Below are positions 18,987 to 27,627 of a DNA stretch of 64,000 nucleotides, piece after piece. Origin of the DNA: Elusimicrobiota bacterium (lineage in GTDB: Bacteria > Elusimicrobiota > Endomicrobiia > Endomicrobiales > JBDRNC01); the NCBI GenBank assembly GCA_043811535.1, contig JBDRNC010000037.1, positions 1-64,000 of the forward strand, written 5' to 3'. The translations under genes and the position numbers were made by a program. Within the stretch, counting starts at the first letter, position 1. The number at the start of each line of letters is the position of its first letter. The notes under the pieces were generated by a model. That model saw nothing but the letters and a program-made list of their open reading frames with translations, was not told the DNA's origin and searched no databases.

Positions 18987-21900
18987 ATGAAGAGGTGGAA
19001 CATGCTAAAGAAATTCTATTCAACGCTGTTCGCGGGACTGCTACTGTTGCTGTGCGCTAACGCCAAACTGTATGCTGCGGCGCCGGCACAGGTTACGGGG
19101 CTGGATGTTGTCGCGATATCATCGACAACAATAAATTTGACCTGGAGCATCATGGCTGACGCGACTTTTTATGACATTCATGACGCAGTCGGGGACGCAA
19201 TATTGGCCCATATTGAAGGCAACACGTCTTACTGGTTTGAAGGCCTTGTGAGCGAGACCACTAACTGGTATGAAACCGGCCTTTCTTCAAATACGGAGTA
19301 TTCAAGGTATATTAGAGCGGGTAATGGTGAATTTGGAAAAGGACCCGCGTCGGTGAATATTTCTTCATACACGCTGGCGTATCCCCCCACTACGCTTACT
19401 GCATCAGCGACAAGTACAACGAAAATCGACCTGACGTGGAATTACAGCGGCGCTACGGCATACTGGGTCATTTACACAACTTATACGCCTTTAACAAACT
19501 GGGGATATGAAGGTATTGTTCCGGGCGATATCACAAGCTATACTAAAGATCCGGTAATCACTGGTGCAACGTACTGGTTCTCGATTGTGCCGCAGAACGG
19601 TGACGCGATTTGGGATTATGATTACGATTTCCCGCTGGCTTCTACACGAACTGTTCCGGGTGCGATAGCCTACTTCTCGACTTCAGCCGTGACCGCCAAT
19701 TCTATTACATGGGAATGGGCGACTGCGATAGGCGCGGATGGATACATTGTTTATTGCTCTTCGGATGATTCAATGCTGCAGGCGCTTGGTTCAGGTACGA
19801 CGTTTTGGACAAGCGGCGCGTTATCCCCGAGCGCCCAGTACGGAAGATATGTAAGGGCTTTAAATAATATGGGACTTGGCGCATCTTCGCCGCAAGCAAC
19901 ATTCTATGCGCTTCCAAATCCGCCCGCGTATTACCCGCTGACAACCAGCGACGTCGCAAATGCCGGAATGATGACATTAAAATGGAGTTCGAACGGCAAT
20001 CCCGTGGGCAACAGCACGATATACGATATTGAAGCCTCCTCGACCGCTTATGGAAGCACGGTAAGCACGAGCGCTTACAGCTATTCCGCCTACATCGTTA
20101 CTTTCGGTTCGCGCACTTTCAGCCCGCTGCTCGCGAACAACACGTACTGGTTCAGAGGCAGGGCTATGAACCCTGACGGCCAGTATTCCGATTGGGCCAA
20201 TATCGTCGCCACAATGACCCTGACCGGAAACCCCACAAAAGGCATGCCGTGGGTTTCAACCGGCACTTTCACAGCCGGATGGACAAAGTCTGGCGCGGAT
20301 CCGGATTATACGGAATACAGGTGCGAACTCTCCGTAACTCCTCCATGGACGAGTTTTACCGCTTTTAAAGATAGCGGCTGGCTGGTCAACACGACTTATT
20401 ACCAGTTTACTGAACTTACGGGCAACACGACCTATTACGCCAGGACGTATATAAGGAACGGGCTTGGACGGCTTTCATCGCAGTCCCCTGTCCTTATCTC
20501 AAGCATGGCCACGAACTCGACTACTCCTATTCTTACGGACGTAAATCCTCTGGTGTTCTATAGGTATCTTGAAGTCTGGCAGAACCAGGATAACGGCAAC
20601 GCCGCGGATACGCTCGTAGATGTTTATTATTCAGCAGACAGTTTCACCACGGAGTACTCTACCTATAACTGGGGAGGGTTTCAGTCTCCCTTTGGAAGTG
20701 TCAGTATTAATGATAACGGTTCCTTCTTTGTTTATGACACGACATATTCCATAAAGCTGAGAGCTAAAGGAAAAAACGGCACCTATTCCAGTTATTCCAA
20801 TGTACTAAGCACCTATATTCCCTCGGTTGTGCGCTGGACGGGCGCGGAGGGAGATAATGATCCTGGTAATGTCTTTAACTGGAGTCCTGCCTGGAGTGCA
20901 TTAGACGGCGGCAATGATGATTGCACAGGACTTACGGTGCTGTTCGCGGGTACGACGCAACACTGCGACTGGAACAACGTCTATGGAGCAACGGTTACCG
21001 CCATTGTCATGGAACAGGGATATACAGGAACTGTAGATTTTAAAGGCAACACGTATGTATTGGGCGATTTCACTGTTTCGGCCGGAACATTCACCGTAAC
21101 CGGAGGCACCGTTACGATTAACGGAGATATCTCCAATTCCGGAGCTGAAGGAACTGTGAGATTCAACGCCAGCGGCGGGAAAATAAGACTGGGCGGTACG
21201 GTGGGCTCGGTAATCACTGTTTCGGGCAATGCATTATTCGGAGATTTGGAAGTCAACCAACCCACGGGAAACACGATTTTTTCAGCTTCAGCGAGGGTTC
21301 TGGGAAATTATACTTATATAGATGGAACGCCAAGCCTGGGATCAAACACATTGTATGTCGGCGGGAATGTAACATGCTCTGTCGGCCATCCGCAGGGGAT
21401 TATCGAACTGAACGGCGCGGGCGTGCAGTCATTGTATCTTACGGGAGCAAACAACGGAAACATTGTGATAAATTCCCAGGGAACAGTCACGGCCGCGCAA
21501 GGCGCGACAATATCCACAATGACAATTTCCCAGGGTATTTTTAACGGCGGCGGATATACTCTTGAGATAAGGAATTACCTGAACGTTACCGGAGGAACGC
21601 TGAATCCGGCCGGCGGTCTGCTGAATCTTGCGTCAGGCCCCGGAACAGTTAATTGCAATAGCAATCTCAATAATGTTACTGTGCAGAGCGGAGCCTGGAC
21701 AATAACATCAACCTCCGCGGTTAGCGGAAACCTTAGGGTTGACGCTGGTTCGCTTACGTTTGCCAATCCCGGCGGAATGAACTTGATATCTGGCAAAACG
21801 GATGTTGCGGCGGACGCGGCGCTGACCGTGAACAGGTCAACGTGCGTCTTCATCAATCCCGTAACGGTTTATCCATCGGGCGCGCTTAACCTGAATTCGG

Positions 21901-24900
21901 CATGGGCATGTATGGCTAACTCAAGCTCTATGACGATATACGGCTTGATGGTCTCTACGGGCGATACGGCGGCCGACGATTGGAGCTATATCACCTCTAC
22001 CGCGGCCGATATGTATTACCGTTTCGGAGTATTCGCCGGAACCGTCAGCGCGAACCACACCGCGTTCTATAATCTGGACACGAACGGTATATTCATCGCG
22101 TCGGATTCAAGAATGACTATGTTTGACGATATCTCAATAGCGGCCACTAAAGCGGGTATTACCGGACTTAATTATTTGCCGAATTACGGCACGCTGACGT
22201 TCAGCGGGGTGTATTTCGGAGCGGGATTGGGGCAAAATGTGAACGCTCCTAGCCTTGCGTGGCCTAACTACATGAATTTGCCAGGTTCATCAGGTCCGAT
22301 GTCGGGTTTTGGTAATGAAAACGGCGGCGACCCGAACAATACCATTTTCTGGATGGTTCCTACAGCTCCTACTATAACCCAATCAAATTCTCTCTCTTCT
22401 TCAGTTTTAGGATGGGACTGGGCTACCGGCGATGACGCCGTGCTGTACAGAGTCTATCTCGCCACGGACATGGCAACTAACGCTTCGGGCGACATGGTCA
22501 GCACGCTTGCGGCACCCGCGACTTACTGGGCAAAGACAACCGGCTTGACGCCGGACGCTACCTGCCAGGTGTATGTGGTCGCGTATAATCCGCTTGGTGT
22601 TTCCACGTCAACCATAAGCCAGCAGGTGTACACGAGAGCTGCCGTACCTACTAATTTACATTCGATCGAGGTTACCAGCCACAGCATAAACGTGGAGTGG
22701 GATACTACAAACCCGGGAACCGTCGGCTATGTGGTGAAGTATTCAACCACACCGAACGACAATGTCACGTGCATTTACAAAGATACGAGCACGGCAGTCA
22801 CGTCATCGCTGACAACTCTGTTACCGTACACTACCTATTATATAGCGGTCAGAGCGATTAACTCGCAGGATGTGGGCACGAATTTTTCAAGCGAATACGC
22901 TGTCAGGACATTGATAGTCACACCTCCGGCTGCGACGGGCTTTGACGGCCTTGCATTAAGCACAAGCTCAATAAGATGGATATGGAACCTTGCGAGCGGC
23001 GCAACTTATTATGACGTTTATTCTTCCACAGGCGGCGACAAGTACGTGCGTCTTGACGAAACCATGTATGACAATACAAGCAGTACCGCTATATGGGTTG
23101 AAACGGATCTGAACGCAAACCAGCAATACGCGAGATACGTTGTCGCGGGCAACGTGACAGGCGACTCCCCCGTTTCCGGAACGGCAAGCAAGTACACGTG
23201 GGCGAGCGTGCCTGGCACAATAAGCCTTACAGCCGGCCCGACGTCGATACAGATAGACTGGCTGACAAGCGGCGCGTCATGGTACCAGATTTGGCGTTCA
23301 GCCACCGGTGACGTTCCGTGGGTATTCAGATCAAGCGCGACAGCTGACTTAGCGACATATACGGACACGGGATTATCGGGCGAAACAACTTACTGGTACA
23401 AGCTGGGAGCCGCGAACGGTGAAGGCATATCGAACAGCGCGTTCAGCGCGGTGTCGTCATCCACGACACTGCCTGCCGGGCCGACAGGAACGAGCGCGGT
23501 TGCAATGACGCAAAACGTGATAGAATGGCAGTGGTCAACGGGCACCGTGACAAGTTCTATAATAGGTTACCGCGTGTACAGTTCCACGGGTGGTGTCACA
23601 TTAAGCGGAAACCTCTCCAAGATAACGACATTCTGGCAGGAAAGCGGCATAACGGCCAACGCTCAGCGTTCAAGAGTCGTGCGGGCGTTTAACGAAACCG
23701 GCGAAGGCGCGGATTCAAGCGTAATGACGAAGTACTCGCTTGCGGCGCCTCCGGGAGACCTCGGTTTCACGTCAATGGCATCTGCAACCGAGATTAATCT
23801 TGGATGGACCGCCAGCAGCGCCACACAGTACCGCGTGGAACGATCGCTTGACGGGGCCTCATATGTATGGGTGTCAAGCATTGCTGCCATTACGTACAGC
23901 GATGCGGGGCGAACTTCGGATACAACGTACTGGTACCGGATAGGGGCGATAAACGGTGATTATATTCTAAACAGCGCGCAGTACTCAAATGTAGTGACTA
24001 CAATCACTCTGCCAGCGGCTCCTTCGGGATTCGCCGGTAGTGCGTGCACCAACGCGACTTCAATAATGTGGACGTGGTCAACGGGCACGGCGACATCCAA
24101 CATATACGGATACAAGATATACGCTTCATCCGATTCAAGCCTGCTTTGGACTCTGGACAAAGCGACAAGCGCGCAGATAGAAATTAACCTGAGTACCAAC
24201 ACGCAGTACGCAAGGACTATCAAATCCTACAATTTGTCAGGCGTAAGCAACGGCGCATCGGCCTCCAGGTACACGTACGCGACAGCGCCGGCTGCTGTAG
24301 ATATAGGCACGGTAGGATCGACATCCGTGGGCATAAGCTGGACAACCAGCGGCGTTTACCAGTACAAGATAGAACGCTCAACCTGGGGCGGCGCAAACTC
24401 GTATGTATTCGTGTCAAGCGCGGCTGCGGCTGCCACGTCGTATCCGAACACCGGGCTGTCCCCGGACTCCACATATTGGTACCGGATAGGCGCGATAAAC
24501 GGGGATTTGATCCAAACCCCGGGTGTATACAGTACGGCGTCAAGCACGATAACGCTTCCCGCGGCTCCTGCAGGGCTGGTTGGATACGCAATATCGGTAT
24601 CGACGATAGGTTGGTATTGGACGGAAGGCAGCTCAAACATAATGGGATACAAGGTATATACATCAACGAACGGCCTGCTGACGACTTTGCCCAAGCCTAC
24701 GAGCTCTTGGTTTGACACGAACCTGAGCACCAATACGCAGTATGGTAGAATATTCAAATCCTACAACTCGGCGGGCGAAAGCGACGGCGCGACGGCTCCA
24801 AAGTATACGCTAGCCGTGGCCCCGACCAGCCTTGTTATAAGCACATCCACGATGCATTCGATTACGATGGCGTGGACCGGGAACGGCTGCAGCAAGTATC

Positions 24901-25922
24901 GCGTTGACCGCTCGCTTGACGGCGAGAACGGTTGGACGACCATTGTAGGGCCGTCGTCAAATCTTATGGCCGCGACGTACAAGAACGAAAACCTCGCGCT
25001 GGCAAAGACCTACTACTATGCCGTGTTCGGTTACAATGGCAACGGGGTTATTACGAGCAGCACGACGCCTAAGTCCGGAACTACCGCCACGCTGCCTACA
25101 ACGGTCACGCTTCTTGTGACGACCTCAACGGTCACGCAGGAGCAGACAAAGACCGCCGGGACAGGCGAGGTGAAGATAGAGATACCGCCCGGAGCGATAA
25201 CGGAGGACGGCTACATATACATAAACGTCGACGCGGAAGACGCTCCTACCGAAGTAACGAAGACCGAACTGGATTCTGCCACGAGCGATCTTGTGTTGGA
25301 CAACAACAAGCTCATAGCAGGTTCCGTAATAGAGATTAACCTGTTCAGTCTGACCGGGTCTACGATAACGGGCAACTTCGCGAAAGCCTTTACGCTCACG
25401 ATGTCGTATCCTGACGCCGACAATGACGATGTTGTCGACAATACGACGCCGCCCATAAGGGCCGACGCTTTAAGGATATTCACGCTGAACAAAGTTACGC
25501 TGAAATGGGAAAAAGTATCGGAGACCGTGACACTTGACAAGACAAACAAGAAGGTTTCGGTCGAGATAACGCATTTCTCGATTTACGCCCTTGTAAGCGT
25601 CAGCACGTATGAAAGCAATCTGGACAAGGTCATAGTCTACCCGAACCCGTACAAGCCCGGAAGCGGCGGCGCGTTCGATAACACCTCGCTCGGGACGGGA
25701 GTGCTCTTCGACAAGCTTACCCAGAAGGCCAACATCAAGATATTCAACATAGCGGGCGAACTGGTCGCGGAATGCGACGAAACGAACGGGGACGGTAAGT
25801 ACCTGTGGAATATATGCAACGCTGACGGCGAGAAAGTGGCGTCGGGCGTGTACATATACCTCGTGACCAATCCGGACGATTCGTCCCAGAAAACGAAAGG
25901 CAAGTTCGCGATCATTAAATAG
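18987..25922 (+). CDS. 2311-aa secreted Ser/Thr-rich protein: FN3 repeats, beta-helix-like segment, ZU5/GPS-like domain, T9SS type A-like CTD
   Basis: signal peptide; many L...T.YWYRI.A.N..G FN3 units; THFS motif; VYPNPY...IFNIAGELV...VASGVYIY...KFAIIK tail. Confidence 0.85.
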   Translation: MKRWNMLKKFYSTLFAGLLLLLCANAKLYAAAPAQVTGLDVVAISSTTINLTWSIMADATFYDIHDAVGDAILAHIEGNTSYWFEGLVSETTNWYETGLSSNTEYSRYIRAGNGEFGKGPASVNISSYTLAYPPTTLTASATSTTKIDLTWNYSGATAYWVIYTTYTPLTNWGYEGIVPGDITSYTKDPVITGATYWFSIVPQNGDAIWDYDYDFPLASTRTVPGAIAYFSTSAVTANSITWEWATAIGADGYIVYCSSDDSMLQALGSGTTFWTSGALSPSAQYGRYVRALNNMGLGASSPQATFYALPNPPAYYPLTTSDVANAGMMTLKWSSNGNPVGNSTIYDIEASSTAYGSTVSTSAYSYSAYIVTFGSRTFSPLLANNTYWFRGRAMNPDGQYSDWANIVATMTLTGNPTKGMPWVSTGTFTAGWTKSGADPDYTEYRCELSVTPPWTSFTAFKDSGWLVNTTYYQFTELTGNTTYYARTYIRNGLGRLSSQSPVLISSMATNSTTPILTDVNPLVFYRYLEVWQNQDNGNAADTLVDVYYSADSFTTEYSTYNWGGFQSPFGSVSINDNGSFFVYDTTYSIKLRAKGKNGTYSSYSNVLSTYIPSVVRWTGAEGDNDPGNVFNWSPAWSALDGGNDDCTGLTVLFAGTTQHCDWNNVYGATVTAIVMEQGYTGTVDFKGNTYVLGDFTVSAGTFTVTGGTVTINGDISNSGAEGTVRFNASGGKIRLGGTVGSVITVSGNALFGDLEVNQPTGNTIFSASARVLGNYTYIDGTPSLGSNTLYVGGNVTCSVGHPQGIIELNGAGVQSLYLTGANNGNIVINSQGTVTAAQGATISTMTISQGIFNGGGYTLEIRNYLNVTGGTLNPAGGLLNLASGPGTVNCNSNLNNVTVQSGAWTITSTSAVSGNLRVDAGSLTFANPGGMNLISGKTDVAADAALTVNRSTCVFINPVTVYPSGALNLNSAWACMANSSSMTIYGLMVSTGDTAADDWSYITSTAADMYYRFGVFAGTVSANHTAFYNLDTNGIFIASDSRMTMFDDISIAATKAGITGLNYLPNYGTLTFSGVYFGAGLGQNVNAPSLAWPNYMNLPGSSGPMSGFGNENGGDPNNTIFWMVPTAPTITQSNSLSSSVLGWDWATGDDAVLYRVYLATDMATNASGDMVSTLAAPATYWAKTTGLTPDATCQVYVVAYNPLGVSTSTISQQVYTRAAVPTNLHSIEVTSHSINVEWDTTNPGTVGYVVKYSTTPNDNVTCIYKDTSTAVTSSLTTLLPYTTYYIAVRAINSQDVGTNFSSEYAVRTLIVTPPAATGFDGLALSTSSIRWIWNLASGATYYDVYSSTGGDKYVRLDETMYDNTSSTAIWVETDLNANQQYARYVVAGNVTGDSPVSGTASKYTWASVPGTISLTAGPTSIQIDWLTSGASWYQIWRSATGDVPWVFRSSATADLATYTDTGLSGETTYWYKLGAANGEGISNSAFSAVSSSTTLPAGPTGTSAVAMTQNVIEWQWSTGTVTSSIIGYRVYSSTGGVTLSGNLSKITTFWQESGITANAQRSRVVRAFNETGEGADSSVMTKYSLAAPPGDLGFTSMASATEINLGWTASSATQYRVERSLDGASYVWVSSIAAITYSDAGRTSDTTYWYRIGAINGDYILNSAQYSNVVTTITLPAAPSGFAGSACTNATSIMWTWSTGTATSNIYGYKIYASSDSSLLWTLDKATSAQIEINLSTNTQYARTIKSYNLSGVSNGASASRYTYATAPAAVDIGTVGSTSVGISWTTSGVYQYKIERSTWGGANSYVFVSSAAAAATSYPNTGLSPDSTYWYRIGAINGDLIQTPGVYSTASSTITLPAAPAGLVGYAISVSTIGWYWTEGSSNIMGYKVYTSTNGLLTTLPKPTSSWFDTNLSTNTQYGRIFKSYNSAGESDGATAPKYTLAVAPTSLVISTSTMHSITMAWTGNGCSKYRVDRSLDGENGWTTIVGPSSNLMAATYKNENLALAKTYYYAVFGYNGNGVITSSTTPKSGTTATLPTTVTLLVTTSTVTQEQTKTAGTGEVKIEIPPGAITEDGYIYINVDAEDAPTEVTKTELDSATSDLVLDNNKLIAGSVIEINLFSLTGSTITGNFAKAFTLTMSYPDADNDDVVDNTTPPIRADALRIFTLNKVTLKWEKVSETVTLDKTNKKVSVEITHFSIYALVSVSTYESNLDKVIVYPNPYKPGSGGAFDNTSLGTGVLFDKLTQKANIKIFNIAGELVAECDETNGDGKYLWNICNADGEKVASGVYIYLVTNPDDSSQKTKGKFAIIK

Positions 25923-25999
25923 AAGCAGTTGACGGTTGACAGACTATTGTCAGAATGACAGATTAATATTAAATATTCATTAATAATCGGGAGAAAAGA

Positions 26000-26962
26000 A
26001 TGAACATGAAAAAATTGTTTTTCACGACACTTGTTTTTGCCGTCATCTGTCAACTGTCAACTGTCAACCGTCTGTACGCGGGCGTGGGGACTTCGGGCGC
26101 GCAGTTCCTGAAAATCGGCGTCAGCGCGAATTCATCCGCTTTGGGAGAGGCCGGCGCGGCGAGTTCCGGAGCGGAGTCCGTGTTCATAAATCCCGCCGGG
26201 TTGGTAGGATCCGACGGGATGGAGATAAGGGCATCGCAGGCAATGTGGCTTGAATCGATAAACTATTCAAATATCGCGTTCGCGAAAAAGATAGGCGACA
26301 ACGCGCTGGGCGTCGGAATAAATTATCTTTCAGTTCCGGCGATAACCAAGGTGGACAATACCGGTACGATACTGGCCGACAGCTACGCGCCCGCGGACAT
26401 GGCGGTTTCCCTGTGCTACGCGAGAGATTTCAAAGCGCTGTTTGCAGGTATAACGTTGAAATACATTTCGAGCACGCTGGACGACAAGACCGCGACGGCA
26501 ATCGCGGCGGACGTCGGCGCACAGAAGGTGTTCAAAGATCAGCGGTTCATAACGGGCCTCGCGGTCCAGAACCTTGGCACAACGATGAAATTCAACTTTG
26601 AGGAAGACCCGCTTCCGTTGAACGTCAAACTCGGAGGAAAGTACGCGATTCCGTTCAAGAATTCTGAGATAGACGATAACCTGAACATGAGCCACGGCAT
26701 GAATATTCTGGTGGATATTAACTCGACGAACGACACGGGGTTCTACACGAACGCCGGCGCGGAGTATTTGAGGAAGTTCAATGAGTCCACCAGCGCGGCG
26801 GTAAGAGCCGGCTATAAATCGAGTGTTACCAAAGGCCTTACGGGATCGGGAATATCGGCGGGTTTCGGCATTTCATATCAAAAGTACGTGCTTGATTACG
26901 CGTACGCTCCGTACGGGGATTTGGGGCAGACAAGCAGAGTATCGCTATCATATAAATTTTAA
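26000..26962 (+). CDS. PorV/PorQ-like (FadL-fold) outer membrane beta-barrel
   Basis: GAQFLKIGVSA...LGEA, INPAGL, LDYAYAPYGDLG...VSLSYKF with terminal Phe. Confidence 0.8.
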   Translation: MNMKKLFFTTLVFAVICQLSTVNRLYAGVGTSGAQFLKIGVSANSSALGEAGAASSGAESVFINPAGLVGSDGMEIRASQAMWLESINYSNIAFAKKIGDNALGVGINYLSVPAITKVDNTGTILADSYAPADMAVSLCYARDFKALFAGITLKYISSTLDDKTATAIAADVGAQKVFKDQRFITGLAVQNLGTTMKFNFEEDPLPLNVKLGGKYAIPFKNSEIDDNLNMSHGMNILVDINSTNDTGFYTNAGAEYLRKFNESTSAAVRAGYKSSVTKGLTGSGISAGFGISYQKYVLDYAYAPYGDLGQTSRVSLSYKF

Positions 26963-26969
26963 ATATCCC

Positions 26970-26998
26970 TTGACGTTTGAGGTTTCTCAACCTATAAT
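26970..26998 (+). promoter_or_regulatory. sigma70-type promoter
   Basis: TTGACG-17-TATAAT directly upstream of the riboswitch. Confidence 0.75.
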
Positions 26999-27005
26999 TG
27001 TAGTG

Positions 27006-27100
27006 ACGATAAAGGCACGCCCCGGGTAACCGGGGTTCGCAAAACCAACAGGACCTTTTCTAATTGAAAAATCAATTTAAAGGTTGGCTGGGTTGCCGAA
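27006..27100 (+). ncRNA. c-di-GMP-I (GEMM) riboswitch
   Basis: CGATAAAGGCAC, P2 CCCCGG-GTAA-CCGGGG (GNRA loop), CGCAAAAC junction, P3 ACCTTT..AAAGGT, closing GGGTTGCCGA; G20 and C92 equivalents retained. Confidence 0.85.
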
Positions 27101-27111
27101 AAGAGAAGCAT

Positions 27112-27612
27112 ATGAATAAGATTAGGAAAGCTATGGGCTGTAAATGGGGGATAATCCCGCTTATAGCTTTTTTTATTTTCTGCGTTTCACCACTTATCTC
27201 TGAAGAAAACGCATCAGGCCTTAAACAATCCGCAGAACTCAAAAACAAGAATATCTCTCCCCCGTCCGATTTCAAGAAAGAATACACGCTGGACAACCTG
27301 CCGCTGAACGCCGGCTCATTCGACGGCACGGTTTCCGGAGGGAAATTCTCCGCCCTGAAAAAATCATCCGCTATAAACGACAGCCAGGACTCCTACGCCG
27401 AAGTCGCGGTAAATATCCTTGGCCCGAACTTCCGTCCGGTCAGGGCGTATGTCCTCAGGGACGTGACTGACCTTAACAACGTTATCACGCTGTGGGACGG
27501 GCGCGATTCGTACGGGCGCGAACTGCCGGCCGGGGATTATTACGCCCAGCTGTCAGTTGTATATTCAGACGGGAAACAGGAAACCAAGACGTACAAGTTC
27601 GTGAAAAAGTGA
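27112..27612 (+). CDS. exported FlgD-Ig-like domain protein
   Basis: signal-like N-terminus; WDGRDSYGRELPAGDYY motif; start at ATG 27112 (or 27133), not TTG 27064 which lies within the riboswitch. Confidence 0.7.
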   Translation: MNKIRKAMGCKWGIIPLIAFFIFCVSPLISEENASGLKQSAELKNKNISPPSDFKKEYTLDNLPLNAGSFDGTVSGGKFSALKKSSAINDSQDSYAEVAVNILGPNFRPVRAYVLRDVTDLNNVITLWDGRDSYGRELPAGDYYAQLSVVYSDGKQETKTYKFVKK

Positions 27613-27627
27613 TCCGCTGGATTTCCA

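Noticed and set aside
27064..27111. TTG start for the FlgD-Ig protein
   Set aside because: Lies within riboswitch P3
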